A stretch of 64,000 bases of DNA, taken from the NCBI GenBank assembly GCA_964406665.1, contig CAYOSQ010000003.1:186558-250557 (forward strand), written 5' to 3'. Source of the stretch: an uncultured Planctomycetia bacterium (GTDB lineage: Bacteria > Omnitrophota > Gorgyraeia > VGKH01 > JBHPFN01). Shown here piece by piece: positions 50,740-60,465 of this stretch. Every line of letters starts with the position of its first letter. Within the stretch, counting starts at the first letter, position 1. The notes beneath the pieces are model-generated. The model saw nothing but the letters and a program-made list of their open reading frames with translations. It was not told the origin of the DNA and made no database searches. The position numbers and the translations under genes were made by a program.

Positions 50740-51672
50740 ATGAAAAAGACTTTTCTTATAATATTCTTATTATTTTTTGCGACGACGTGTTTTGCTCAAG
50801 AAAGAGTAGTCGCCGCAAGAATGCAATATAACAACCTGCCAATTAACCTCATAATTACTCCTGAGAAGAGAGTTTTTGTTTTAGGGGAACCAGTAATGGT
50901 AAAAACCGAACTCAAAAATAATTCTGATAAAGAAGTAATGATCGTTATTCCTGCAGATGGCTCTGAGGCTAAAATGAGATATCCGCATTTTTATTTTGAA
51001 TTCACAGGTAAAGATGCAAAGGCTGTTAAGAACAAAGCCAGGTGCGGAGTTGTGGACCCTCTTGTGCTAGATTCTTTTGCAGTTGTTCCCTCCGGGGAAG
51101 GAATTGCATTAAGTTCAATGTGGTCAGAAGGAGATATTAGCAAATTTATGGATATCCCTACAGGAGAATATAGAGTTCATTGTTTTTACTCAACAGATAC
51201 AGAAGATGAAAAATCTTGGCATGGTAGGTATTCTGATGAAGAATGGAAAAAACGTGATAAGAATGAATTCTGGGCGAAACGGGATGAAGAGATGAGGAAG
51301 ATAAATCAACTGCTTAAAAAAGTACCCAGAATGAATCTAAAATCTAATTCTGTCAGGATAAAGATTGTCGATAAGTTAGAGTCTTTCAGTGATAAATATT
51401 ACCAGATAAAAGAAGCAATGAGTAGAGTTGATGTTGGGAAATTTCTAGGTGAGCCAGCGCGAAAAAAAATTGCAGTTTTACCAAGGGGACCATTTTACGG
51501 TCCACAAGAAGGCCTGGTTAAAATTCTAAAGCCTGGAAGTGAATATGAAGAGTGGGAGTACGAATCTGATAATATTATTTATTTTATTTGGTTTGGATCT
51601 GTTGGAGATGTTAATTCAGCAAACTGGAAAGTAATCGACGTGGGAGAATATCCTAAGGGCGCTGTATTTTAA
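50740..51672 (+). CDS. Secreted hypothetical protein
   Basis: Start corrected to MKKTFL (the ORF-track start lies inside the tRNA); signal peptide ending CFA|Q. Confidence 0.7.
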   Translation: MKKTFLIIFLLFFATTCFAQERVVAARMQYNNLPINLIITPEKRVFVLGEPVMVKTELKNNSDKEVMIVIPADGSEAKMRYPHFYFEFTGKDAKAVKNKARCGVVDPLVLDSFAVVPSGEGIALSSMWSEGDISKFMDIPTGEYRVHCFYSTDTEDEKSWHGRYSDEEWKKRDKNEFWAKRDEEMRKINQLLKKVPRMNLKSNSVRIKIVDKLESFSDKYYQIKEAMSRVDVGKFLGEPARKKIAVLPRGPFYGPQEGLVKILKPGSEYEEWEYESDNIIYFIWFGSVGDVNSANWKVIDVGEYPKGAVF

Positions 51673-51696
51673 ATCATACATAAGGGTAAATTGATA

Positions 51697-52392
51697 ATGA
51701 AAAAGATATTTTTGATTTTAGTAGTTTTATTGATGTTTTCTGTCAGCAACTCTTTAGCTCAAGATGCAATAAAGCCACACAGGATAAAGAATTTCTTTCC
51801 AAAAGGAGAAGCTCTTCTTGATGGATATTTAGTCGATTATTCCCAATGGAAGCGTTATTCGGCCTTTAATAAAGCCTTATTTATCAAAGAGTATATTATG
51901 GAGTTAGAAGATGAATTTAACGTTGTTATAAAATTCAGACGCTGGGGATTGGGTCCTTTTGATAAATATATTGATGAAAAGATAAAGAAGGAAGAAGATA
52001 AGATTATTGTTTATAATTTTATTAGAGAGTTTCTTAAAGAGCAGTGTGCTTTTCCTTCAACGGAAAGTGGTTGCGATGATTTATACAAATACGATACTAA
52101 TGATGTTCCGGAAGTATTCTTTTTTCCGATTAGCCTGTCTCGCTGGGATGGTACAAAAATAGATGTTATGTCGTGGGGTAAGCTTGATTCACTTTTGAAA
52201 GAGAAGTTTATGCTGGAGTATTCTAAGGTACTTGAGATAAAATATGATACTACAATTAAGTTTGATAAATATGTTTATCTTGCTATTTTGGATGGCATGG
52301 CAAAAGAACCAGATGCAATGTGGATGACCGATTTATTCGAGCGTGCATTAAAAGAAGATGATATAATCAAAGAAAAAGGAGAGAAAGAATAG
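51697..52392 (+). CDS. Secreted hypothetical protein with an internal duplication
   Basis: Signal peptide SLA|Q; two DG...D...W......K..F..EY...LE repeats. Confidence 0.65.
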   Translation: MKKIFLILVVLLMFSVSNSLAQDAIKPHRIKNFFPKGEALLDGYLVDYSQWKRYSAFNKALFIKEYIMELEDEFNVVIKFRRWGLGPFDKYIDEKIKKEEDKIIVYNFIREFLKEQCAFPSTESGCDDLYKYDTNDVPEVFFFPISLSRWDGTKIDVMSWGKLDSLLKEKFMLEYSKVLEIKYDTTIKFDKYVYLAILDGMAKEPDAMWMTDLFERALKEDDIIKEKGEKE

Positions 52393-52393
52393 A

Positions 52394-52882
52394 ATGGAGA
52401 ATATTACAGCGCTTAGAAAGATAAATAAATATTCATTTAGACTTTTGGTAATTGTTCTTTTTGCTTGTTTAAGTTTTATTGGTTGTTCTTCAAAAGCAAA
52501 GAATGTCTACAATATAGATCTTGACAATGATAGAAGAGAAGAAGTTGTAAAGGTCAAAGGTTTAAAGGTTGTGGTTTCCAGAAAAAACGGTAAGGTAATC
52601 GGGAAGATTGACCTTTTGGACTATTCTGAAAAGATAGAATTTGTTGATTTAAACAAGGACGGTAAGAAGCAGATAGTTCTTTGGGCACAGGGAGACGAAG
52701 GTTTTTCTCAAGGGATAGTTATTTATGGTTTGATCAATAACAAGCTTTTGGAGATATTCAGACTTGATGTAGATTCTCAGATCGAAGTTGATTTTGTTTC
52801 TACACCCCCTGTAATCATTGGAGGTAGTACTAGGTGGATATGGGATGGCTCTAGATTCAAGGGTTCCTTAGAAAATTTTTAA
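52394..52882 (+). CDS. Putative lipoprotein with DxDxD-like calcium-blade motifs
   Basis: Lipobox FIGC; DLDNDRREE and DLNKDGKKQ. Confidence 0.6.
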   Translation: MENITALRKINKYSFRLLVIVLFACLSFIGCSSKAKNVYNIDLDNDRREEVVKVKGLKVVVSRKNGKVIGKIDLLDYSEKIEFVDLNKDGKKQIVLWAQGDEGFSQGIVIYGLINNKLLEIFRLDVDSQIEVDFVSTPPVIIGGSTRWIWDGSRFKGSLENF

Positions 52883-52922
52883 AATTTTATGAAGAATAAT
52901 TTATTTCAAGGAGGTTGTTAAG

Positions 52923-53348
52923 ATGAGAGCAATAGCACTACTAATTGTTTTTTTAATGTTTTGTGTAAACGTGTATGCTGAGGATTCATCTGGTTTGTTG
53001 ATTATTAAAAATCCCAATCTTTCTGCTGCAGTTGTAAGCAGTAAAGTTGATATGGGAAAGATGGATTATGCGTACAATAATCCTACAACAGTTGATAAGA
53101 GCGGTAATTTTTATTTTTGTAGTTCAGAGAATAATCGATTAGATTCTTTATGGAAAGTAAGCAGGGTCAATTCTAAAACCGGGAACATTGATGAAATCTG
53201 CAGGCTTGATTTAAGCTCTAATAAGTATAGGTTTATCCGCTCAATTAACTATGTAGATTCCGGGAAACTCTATATTTGGTTGGCAACAGAAAGAGCACGT
53301 TCAGGAGAATGGCAGGGGGCATTAGTAGAAATTTCCGGACTTCAATAA
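52923..53348 (+). CDS. Secreted hypothetical protein
   Basis: AGGAGG SD; signal peptide VYA|E. Confidence 0.65.
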   Translation: MRAIALLIVFLMFCVNVYAEDSSGLLIIKNPNLSAAVVSSKVDMGKMDYAYNNPTTVDKSGNFYFCSSENNRLDSLWKVSRVNSKTGNIDEICRLDLSSNKYRFIRSINYVDSGKLYIWLATERARSGEWQGALVEISGLQ

Positions 53349-53459
53349 GCTCATATTTTTGCAATTTAATTCTTATAACTATAATTGCCATAGGTTTTTA
53401 CTGCAATTTAATCTTGCCTAAAAGGTTTTAAATGGTATAATAATTTTCGATAAATCAGT

Positions 53460-53534
53460 GGGCCGTTAGCTCAATGGTAGAGCAGGAGCCTCTTAAGCTC
53501 AAGGTTGAAGGTTCAAATCCTTCACGGCTCACCA
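53460..53534 (+). tRNA. tRNA-Lys (CTT), CCA encoded
   Basis: gggccgt/acggctc acceptor stem; loop ctCTTaa; GGTTCAAATCC; upstream TTGCCT..TGgTATAAT promoter. Confidence 0.95.
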
Positions 53535-53563
53535 AATCCACTTATTTTTAAATCAAAATCCGC

Positions 53564-53980
53564 ATGAAAAGGTTCGAAATCATAGAACACACCGCTGATA
53601 TTGGCATAAAGATATTCGGCAGTGATTTAAAAGAACTGTTCTGCAATGCTGCTGCAGGGATGTTCGATATTATAGCCGATTCAAAAGAAGTCAACCGAAA
53701 GAAGCATATTAACGTTGAGGTTAAAGCTGATAATATTGAAGAGCTTTTGGTAAACTGGTTAACTGAGCTCTTGTTCCATTTCAATGCTAATTTTATTATT
53801 CTTAAAGAATTTTCTATAACTGAAATATCACAAAATAATATTAAAGCTGTAGTCTCAGGTGAAAAAATCGATAAAAACAAGCATAGTATAAATACAGAGA
53901 TAAAGGCAGTAACTTATCATGAGCTTAAAGTAGAAAAAAAGGATTTTGGCTGGAACGTACAGGTTATCTTCGACGTGTAG
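53564..53980 (+). CDS. Archease
   Basis: FE..EHTADIG, L.ELL..WL.ELL, IKAVTYH and C-terminal FDV motifs. Confidence 0.95.
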   Translation: MKRFEIIEHTADIGIKIFGSDLKELFCNAAAGMFDIIADSKEVNRKKHINVEVKADNIEELLVNWLTELLFHFNANFIILKEFSITEISQNNIKAVVSGEKIDKNKHSINTEIKAVTYHELKVEKKDFGWNVQVIFDV

Positions 53981-53990
53981 GAGGAATTTT

Positions 53991-54203
53991 ATGGCAAGTT
54001 GGGTTACGGTTCACACAACAAATGATGAAGCTGAGGTTAATTTAGTCAAAGGAATATTAGAGGAATATGGAATAAATTGTATTATCGAAAGCTCAAAACA
54101 TAGCCCTTGGATAACAGCACCATTGTTTAATCAGTTTGAGTTAAAAGTTTTGAAAGAGAAACTTGAAGAAGCTAAAGAAATAATTAAAACCGCAGGAGAT
54201 TAA
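53991..54203 (+). CDS. DUF2007-like small signal-transducing protein
   Basis: W..V....E.EA..VKG.LE..GI ... V.....EEA motif; GGAGG SD before ATG 53991. Confidence 0.7.
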   Translation: MASWVTVHTTNDEAEVNLVKGILEEYGINCIIESSKHSPWITAPLFNQFELKVLKEKLEEAKEIIKTAGD

Positions 54204-55661
54204 ATGGCAGAGGTTTGGCAGGGTACGCTAAACAAGATTGATGATTTTCGATATGAGATCCCTAGGTCTTATAAGCAAGGAATGCGTGTCAGGGGTTTGA
54301 TATATGCGGATGATAAGTTGATAAAAAACATCCGTCATGATAAGGCAGCTGAACAAGTTGCAAATGTAGCTTTTTTACCCGGGATTGTCGGTAGCTCTTT
54401 AGCAATGCCGGATATTCACTGGGGCTATGGTTTTTCGATTGGTGGAGTTGCTGCAACTGACCCTGAAAACGGTGGTGTAGTTTCTCCGGCGGGTGTGGGT
54501 TATGATATTAATTGCGGCGTGCGGCTGCTTAGAACTAATTTAGAGTATGATGATATAAAAGATAAAATTGAAGATCTGACCTATGCGTTGTTTAACAATA
54601 TTCCTTCAGGCGTAGGTTCAAAGGGAGATATTCGCTTATCTTATAATGATGAAAAGAAGATTTTAGTAAATGGTGCTAAATGGGCTGTTGAAAATGGATA
54701 TGGTGCTGCAGAGGATTTAGAGGCTACAGAAGAATTTGGCGCAATAAAGGGCGCAGATCCTTTAAGTGTATCGGAGAGAGCGATTAAAAGAGGCAAGGCT
54801 CAGTCTGGAACACTTGGTTCAGGAAATCATTTTTTAGAAGTACAAGTAATCGATAAAATATTTGATGAAGAAAGTGCAGAAGTTTTTAATCTTCGGGTTG
54901 GTCAAATAACAGCAATGATTCATTCTGGATCCCGTGGTTTAGGTTATCAGGTTTGTGATGATTTTGTAAAAAGTATGATAAAATGTATTAGTAAATACAA
55001 AATCAATGTTCCTGACAGGCAACTTGTCGGTGCACCGGTTAATTCGCCGGAGGCAGAAGCTTATATTTCTGCGATGAGATGTGCGGCTAATTATGCTTGG
55101 GCAAACCGGCAGTGTTTGATGCATTTAACAAGAGAAGTATTCCAGAAGATGTTCGGCAGAAGCTGGCGCGATATGGATATGCATCTGATTTATGATGTTG
55201 CTCATAATATCGCAAAATTTGAAAAACACAAAGTAAAAGGTAAAGAAAAGGTTTTATGTGTTCATAGAAAAGGCGCGACGCGTGCTTTCCCACCTGGACA
55301 TCCGGAGTTACCGCAAAAGTATCAAAAGACTGGTCAGCCGGTAATTATTCCGGGGGATATGGGGAGGAATTCTTATCTTCTTACAGGGACAGAAAAGGCC
55401 GCAGAAACTTTTTACTCTACTTGTCATGGTGCTGGAAGATTAAAGTCGCGCACTGCTGCAACTAAAGAGTTTGATGCGCAATGGCTTGTTAATGATTTAA
55501 AATCTAAGGGAATCTTTGTAAAGGCCTCAGGACGTGGTACTATATCAGAAGAAGCTCCGGGAGCCTACAAGGATGTAAACGATGTGGTTGATGTTGTACA
55601 TAATGCGGGAATTTCCCACAAGGTTTGCCGTATGCGGCCTTTGGGAGTAATAAAGGGGTGA
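54204..55661 (+). CDS. rtcB: RNA-splicing ligase RtcB (long, archease-dependent type)
   Basis: MPD.H.GYGF.IGGV, GYDINCGVR, GTLGSGNHFLEVQ, HSGSRG, HN, HRKGATR, HGAGR and EEAP.AYK motifs. Confidence 0.97.
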   Translation: MAEVWQGTLNKIDDFRYEIPRSYKQGMRVRGLIYADDKLIKNIRHDKAAEQVANVAFLPGIVGSSLAMPDIHWGYGFSIGGVAATDPENGGVVSPAGVGYDINCGVRLLRTNLEYDDIKDKIEDLTYALFNNIPSGVGSKGDIRLSYNDEKKILVNGAKWAVENGYGAAEDLEATEEFGAIKGADPLSVSERAIKRGKAQSGTLGSGNHFLEVQVIDKIFDEESAEVFNLRVGQITAMIHSGSRGLGYQVCDDFVKSMIKCISKYKINVPDRQLVGAPVNSPEAEAYISAMRCAANYAWANRQCLMHLTREVFQKMFGRSWRDMDMHLIYDVAHNIAKFEKHKVKGKEKVLCVHRKGATRAFPPGHPELPQKYQKTGQPVIIPGDMGRNSYLLTGTEKAAETFYSTCHGAGRLKSRTAATKEFDAQWLVNDLKSKGIFVKASGRGTISEEAPGAYKDVNDVVDVVHNAGISHKVCRMRPLGVIKG

Positions 55662-55666
55662 TAGAG

Positions 55667-56185
55667 ATGAAGAAGTTAATTATCATTTTGATTATTGGAT
55701 TATTGTCGTTTGCATCGAATGTTTTCGCACTTGAACCAAATGAACCAGGCGAGCTAGAAGCTTACATAGTTGTCAGTGATACACCTGATTTTATCGATGA
55801 GTGGATGTCAACTCCGTTTGAAAAAGACATACATATGAAACGCATCAAAGAAGTAAGATACGAACAGATGTTTCATATTGCTGTATTGGTAACTGGTTTT
55901 GTTGTTAATAGAAATAGCAGGACAGATATAACTGCTGATTTTATATTAGAGAATCCCAACAGAACTATTCAGTTTAATGAAAAAGATATGTTTACGCATG
56001 GAAGGAAAATGCACAACTTAACAGGGTTTCTTATGCTTGATCCTGCAATAGATTTAGCATTTGAAGAAACCGATAAGCCAGGTAAATATACTATAAAAGT
56101 AAAGGTTACAGATAGAGAATTAGAAAAAACAGTGAAAGAAAAATATATTGTAGTTTTAACTGAAGAACCAAACATTGAAGAATAG
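55667..56185 (+). CDS. Secreted hypothetical protein
   Basis: Signal peptide MKKLII...VFA|L; start corrected. Confidence 0.65.
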   Translation: MKKLIIILIIGLLSFASNVFALEPNEPGELEAYIVVSDTPDFIDEWMSTPFEKDIHMKRIKEVRYEQMFHIAVLVTGFVVNRNSRTDITADFILENPNRTIQFNEKDMFTHGRKMHNLTGFLMLDPAIDLAFEETDKPGKYTIKVKVTDRELEKTVKEKYIVVLTEEPNIEE

Positions 56186-56197
56186 AAAAGGTGAGAA

Positions 56198-57466
56198 ATG
56201 TTAGATCTTAAATTTATTCGCGAGAATACTGATTTAGTAAAAAAATCAATAAAAGACAGAGCAGCTAAAGTTGATTTAGATGAGATTGTCAAACTTGATG
56301 CAGCTAGGCGCAAGGTATTAACTTCACTTGACGGATTACGCTCTGAAAAAAATAAAGCCAATGATGAAATTTCTGTTTTGTTGAAAGAAAAAAAGGATCC
56401 CAAAAAGAAAATTGCAGCGATGAAAAAAATCTCTACTGAAATTGGAAAGTTAGAGAAAGAATTAAAAAAACTTGAACCAAAACTATATGATCTTATTTTA
56501 ACCGTACCCAACATTCCTCACGAGTCGCTTCCCGTGGGAGCAGTTGAAAAAAACAAAGTTATTCGTAGCTGGAGGGAGCCGAAGAAGCCTGATTTTTCTG
56601 TAAAAACACATGATGAACTTGCTGAGAAACTTGACATCATTGATTTTAAACGAGCTACAAAAATTACGGGCTCAAATTTTATTTTGTATAAAGGTTGGGG
56701 TGCACGTTTAGAAAGGGCATTATTAAATTTTATGTTGGATTTTCATACTGAGAAACACGGTTATACCGAGGTGTTTCCACCTTTTTTAGTAAATCGAGCC
56801 TCTATGACAGGTACCGGGCAGCTTCCCAAGTTGGAAGAAGATATGTATAGGCTTAAAGATGATGATTTGTTTTTGATTCCTACTGCAGAGGTTCCTGTCA
56901 CGAATATCTATAGAGATGATATATTAAATGAAGATGATTTACCGATTAATTATACGGCATATACAGCCTGTTTTAGGAGAGAAGCAGGTTCTTATGGTAA
57001 GGATACCAAGGGTCTTATGCGCGTGCATCAGTTTAATAAAGTTGAATTGGTTAAATTTGTGAAGCCCGAAGACTCTTTTAATGAATTAGAAAAACTTTTA
57101 GGAAATGCTGAAGATGTCTTGCAAGCTCTTGGTTTGCCTTATAGAGTTGTTATGCTGGCAACCGAAGATCTCAGCTTTGCAGCAAGCAAATGTTATGACA
57201 TTGAGGCTTATGCATCTGGAATTGATAAGTGGCTTGAAGTTTCAAGCTGTAGTAATTTCTGTGATTTTCAGGCAAGACGGGCAAATATTAGATTCAGAAA
57301 CAGCACGACTAAAAAACTTGCCTTTATCCATACGTTAAATGGTTCTGGAGTCGCCTTAGCTCGCACCATGATTGCAATTTTAGAAAATTATCAACAAAAA
57401 GACGGTACTGTAATAGTTCCCGATGTATTAAGACGGTATATGGACGGGAAGGAAATCATTGAGTGA
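56198..57466 (+). CDS. serS: Seryl-tRNA synthetase
   Basis: [42 protein letters not shown] and HTLNGSG motifs. Confidence 0.98.
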   Translation: MLDLKFIRENTDLVKKSIKDRAAKVDLDEIVKLDAARRKVLTSLDGLRSEKNKANDEISVLLKEKKDPKKKIAAMKKISTEIGKLEKELKKLEPKLYDLILTVPNIPHESLPVGAVEKNKVIRSWREPKKPDFSVKTHDELAEKLDIIDFKRATKITGSNFILYKGWGARLERALLNFMLDFHTEKHGYTEVFPPFLVNRASMTGTGQLPKLEEDMYRLKDDDLFLIPTAEVPVTNIYRDDILNEDDLPINYTAYTACFRREAGSYGKDTKGLMRVHQFNKVELVKFVKPEDSFNELEKLLGNAEDVLQALGLPYRVVMLATEDLSFAASKCYDIEAYASGIDKWLEVSSCSNFCDFQARRANIRFRNSTTKKLAFIHTLNGSGVALARTMIAILENYQQKDGTVIVPDVLRRYMDGKEIIE

Positions 57467-58064
57467 TCATATAAAAAATTTAGTTATTTTTATTTGTACG
57501 TATTTTTTACTACCTGTATCAGTAGGAATTTCGGTAAGTTTTTATTCTCAGCTGGGTGCGGCAGGAATTGATGTAAGAAATATTTTTTTCGCAGGTTTAT
57601 TTAGCTTCCTAGTTCTGTATCTGTTTGTTTGGGAGCCGCATTTTTTACACGATAAAGGACAAAGTTTTATCGGCAGGTTATGTAGTTTTTCTCCTTCGTT
57701 TGCTAATAGCGCATCTTTTTTTGTCTCAGCATACACTGCATTGTTTTTAATTATTTTTGTGATTTTCTCTTTAATCATAAGAACACATAAATATGATAGT
57801 GTTTTTATTTTTATTATAGGATTGAGCATTGGATTATATCTTGTTTTTACAGCGAAAAACTTAAAGAGCCAGCTAGAAGATTTTGTGAGTTCTAGATATT
57901 TCTTTACATTGGAAGTTGCTTATATGATTAACTTAACTATTGTTGCTTTTGTATTTAATTACCTTTTTAAAAGCTTTTCTTTTGTTAAGTTTTTTCAACT
58001 TTCTTTGAAAATTGCTGGCGATATTTATTATGTAGTCTTTGGGCAATTATTTTTTGTTTCATAA
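57459..58064 (+). CDS. Hypothetical polytopic membrane protein
   Basis: Several hydrophobic helices; translationally coupled to serS. Confidence 0.7.
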   Translation: MSDHIKNLVIFICTYFLLPVSVGISVSFYSQLGAAGIDVRNIFFAGLFSFLVLYLFVWEPHFLHDKGQSFIGRLCSFSPSFANSASFFVSAYTALFLIIFVIFSLIIRTHKYDSVFIFIIGLSIGLYLVFTAKNLKSQLEDFVSSRYFFTLEVAYMINLTIVAFVFNYLFKSFSFVKFFQLSLKIAGDIYYVVFGQLFFVS

Positions 58065-58136
58065 ATATTGAACTCAGATTGCACAAAGTTTTTTCCAATG
58101 GTATAATAAAACTCACTACGTTTATTTAGTTTTTTT

Positions 58137-58223
58137 GGAGGCGTGGCTGAGTGGTTGAAAGCGGCAGTCTTGAAAACTGTTGTGGGCGTAAGTCCACCAG
58201 GGGTTCGAATCCTCTCGCCTCCG
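58137..58223 (+). tRNA. tRNA-Ser (TGA)
   Basis: Long variable arm; gcagt-ctTGAaa-actgt; discriminator G; promoter TTGCAC-17-TATAAT at 58079-107. Confidence 0.95.
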
Positions 58224-58252
58224 AAAGAAATAGATAGAGTTAAAATCTATCT

Positions 58253-58338
58253 GGAGAGGTGCGAGAGTGGTTGAATCGGCCGGTCTCGAAAATCGGTAGG
58301 TCATTTTGGCCTCCTGGGTTCAAATCCCAGCCTCTCCG
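58253..58338 (+). tRNA. tRNA-Ser (CGA)
   Basis: ggagagg/cctctcc acceptor stem; ccggt-ctCGAaa-atcgg; long variable arm. Confidence 0.95.
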
Positions 58339-58390
58339 GTAAGCTATGTGAGAAAATTAAATATTATAATTAAAACATATTAATAGGGAG

Positions 58391-58672
58391 GTGGTCATAG
58401 TGTTTATTGATGGAACAATTATTCTAGTTTTAAAGATAGTAATGCGCATGTTGATAGCATTAGCTTTTGCCTGCAGCCTTTTTTTATTGGTTACTCCCGA
58501 AGGTTATTTGAAACTTAGTAGGATTCTAGAGAAAGAATATGGCCTTAGAAAAAAGATTATTCCTTCCATAGAAAAAGAAGAAGGAGTTATTGATAATTTC
58601 TTATTACGCTTTAGAATGGTTATCGGCGCCATTTTCCTTTTTGTTTCAATAGTCCTACTGTCCCAGTTTTAA
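58391..58672 (+). CDS. Small membrane protein
   Basis: GGGAGG SD before GTG; hydrophobic helices. Confidence 0.55.
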   Translation: MVIVFIDGTIILVLKIVMRMLIALAFACSLFLLVTPEGYLKLSRILEKEYGLRKKIIPSIEKEEGVIDNFLLRFRMVIGAIFLFVSIVLLSQF

Positions 58673-58705
58673 TTTTAACAGAATTACTAGTTTTAAATTC
58701 TTTTG

Positions 58706-58793
58706 GGAGAGGTGCTGGAGCTGGTCTAACAGGCATGTTTGGAGAACATGTGAACCCGTAAGGGTTCCGGGAGTTCGAATCTCCCCCTCTCCG
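58706..58793 (+). tRNA. tRNA-Ser (GGA)
   Basis: catgt-ttGGAga-acatg; long variable arm; GAGTTCGAATCT. Confidence 0.95.
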
Positions 58794-58852
58794 CTGACTA
58801 CCTAAAAAAAGATAAAAAACTTAATACTAACTCAAGGAGAAAAGAGGATTTA

Positions 58853-60217
58853 ATGGATAACAGAGAGCTGCTCAAGATTGAATTGGAAGTGGTGGATAAA
58901 CTAAGAGGAAAAATCAGCTTGCTTCAGAAAGATGATGAAAAAGAACGGATAGTTCTTGAGGTTCTCTCTGAAATATGTGGATTATTGGAAAAAGAAACAT
59001 TGCTGGGTGAAGTAAAAACTTTAAAGACCGAAGAAGAACGTAAACATTTTACGAAGAACTTCTTTTCTTATGGAGTTATTGAAGAGCTATTGTGTGATCC
59101 TAATGTAGAAGATATCATTATTAATGCTTTGAACCCTATTTTTGTTCATCACTCTGAAAAAGGTTTAATAAAAACGCACTGCCAGTTTAACTCTGAAAGA
59201 GAACTTGATTTATTTCTTCACAAATTGATAGTTTTTTCAGGAAGAAAAGAATTAAAAAGAGTTAATAATCTTGAGCTGCCTAATATTCAAGGGCGTGTGA
59301 ATATAGTGCTTTCTCCTTTGGGACCTCAGATTACAATAACCAAGGCAAAATATGAGCCACTTAGCATTATTGATTTAATCGAAAAAGAATCAATGACTTA
59401 TGATCTCGCTGCACAGCTTTGGTTGTATCTGGAGGGTCTTCAGGTAAGGCCAGCCAACGTTATTATTTCTGGTGGGCCTGGTTCTGGGAAAACAACTTTA
59501 CTTAATGCTTTATTTAGTTTTGTTCCCTCCAGTGAAAGAATGGTAATCATAGAGGATACGCTGGAATTAAATACTCAGTTTGAAGAAAGCTGTTCCCGTT
59601 TAGAGAGTGATGAATATATGGATCTAGCCGAACTTGTAAAAAATAGCTTAAGGATGCGTCCTGATAGAATAATTATTGGTGAGGTTCGAGGTGAGGAAGC
59701 AAAGGATTTAATGACCGCAGTTAACGTAGGAAAATATTGCATGGGTACAATACATGCAAGCACAGCTAGGGAAGCAATTATCCGTATGCAGAACCAGCCG
59801 ATGAATGTTCCGGAGATTTTAGTTGGCCTTGTTGATGCTTTTATTATAATGAAGAAATTTTCTTCAAAAGATAAAGTTTATCGTGTTGTTGAAGAGCTTG
59901 TAGAAACTGGTGGAATTGAACAAAAAACTGTTTTACTTTCACAAGTGTGGAAATACAATTATGAGAGAAACAAGATAGAGAAGGTTTCTCCTAGTACAAT
60001 TTATCGAGATAGGCTCTCAAAAGCATCAGGGATGTTACCTAAAGAAATTATCGAAGAAACTCATATTCGCTCTAGAGTTTTAAAGACTTTAAAGGAAAAA
60101 AATCTAACTACTATGAAAGAAGTTACAACTTTCTGCAGAGCTTATAGCGAAGATTGCGATTCTGCGTTAGCTGGTTTGAATCTTCGCAAGAAAGATCTTG
60201 TTGTATTGGACGATTAA
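58853..60217 (+). CDS. CpaF/VirB11/FlaI-family secretion or pilus ATPase
   Basis: GGPGSGKTT Walker A, IEDTLEL, LRMRPDRIIIGEVRG and MGTIHA motifs. Confidence 0.92.
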   Translation: MDNRELLKIELEVVDKLRGKISLLQKDDEKERIVLEVLSEICGLLEKETLLGEVKTLKTEEERKHFTKNFFSYGVIEELLCDPNVEDIIINALNPIFVHHSEKGLIKTHCQFNSERELDLFLHKLIVFSGRKELKRVNNLELPNIQGRVNIVLSPLGPQITITKAKYEPLSIIDLIEKESMTYDLAAQLWLYLEGLQVRPANVIISGGPGSGKTTLLNALFSFVPSSERMVIIEDTLELNTQFEESCSRLESDEYMDLAELVKNSLRMRPDRIIIGEVRGEEAKDLMTAVNVGKYCMGTIHASTAREAIIRMQNQPMNVPEILVGLVDAFIIMKKFSSKDKVYRVVEELVETGGIEQKTVLLSQVWKYNYERNKIEKVSPSTIYRDRLSKASGMLPKEIIEETHIRSRVLKTLKEKNLTTMKEVTTFCRAYSEDCDSALAGLNLRKKDLVVLDD

Positions 60218-60247
60218 TTTTCTGAAAATTAAAATTTAAAAAAGTTA

Positions 60248-60373
60248 GCGCCTGCCCCAAAAAAATGGGAATGGCGCAAAAGAAATGATGCGCCTGCCCC
60301 AAAAAAATGGGACTGGCGCAAAAGAAATGATGCGCCTGCCCAAAAAAAATGGGACTGGCGCAAAAGAAATGAT
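60248..60373 (+). repeat. Three tandem 42-bp repeats abutting the 5' end of tRNA-Arg(ACG)
   Basis: Units at 60248, 60290 and 60332: gcgcctgccc(c/a)aaaaaaatggga(a/c)tggcgcaaaagaaatgat. Confidence 0.95.
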
Positions 60374-60447
60374 GCGCCTGTGGCCCAATTGGATAGGGCA
60401 ACTGCCTACGGAGCAGTAGGTTGGAGGTTCGAATCCTCCCAGGCGCA
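60374..60447 (+). tRNA. tRNA-Arg (ACG)
   Basis: gcgcctg/caggcgc acceptor stem; actgc-ctACGga-gcagt; GGTTCGAATCC. Confidence 0.96.
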
Positions 60448-60465
60448 CTTAAGAAGCAGGAGAAG

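Noticed and set aside
58137-58223. Selenocysteine or suppressor tRNA
   Set aside because: The anticodon is UGA (reads UCA, Ser), not UCA, and the acceptor stem is a normal 7 bp.
60248-60373. CRISPR array
   Set aside because: The units are directly adjacent with no unique spacers, and there are no cas genes in the window.
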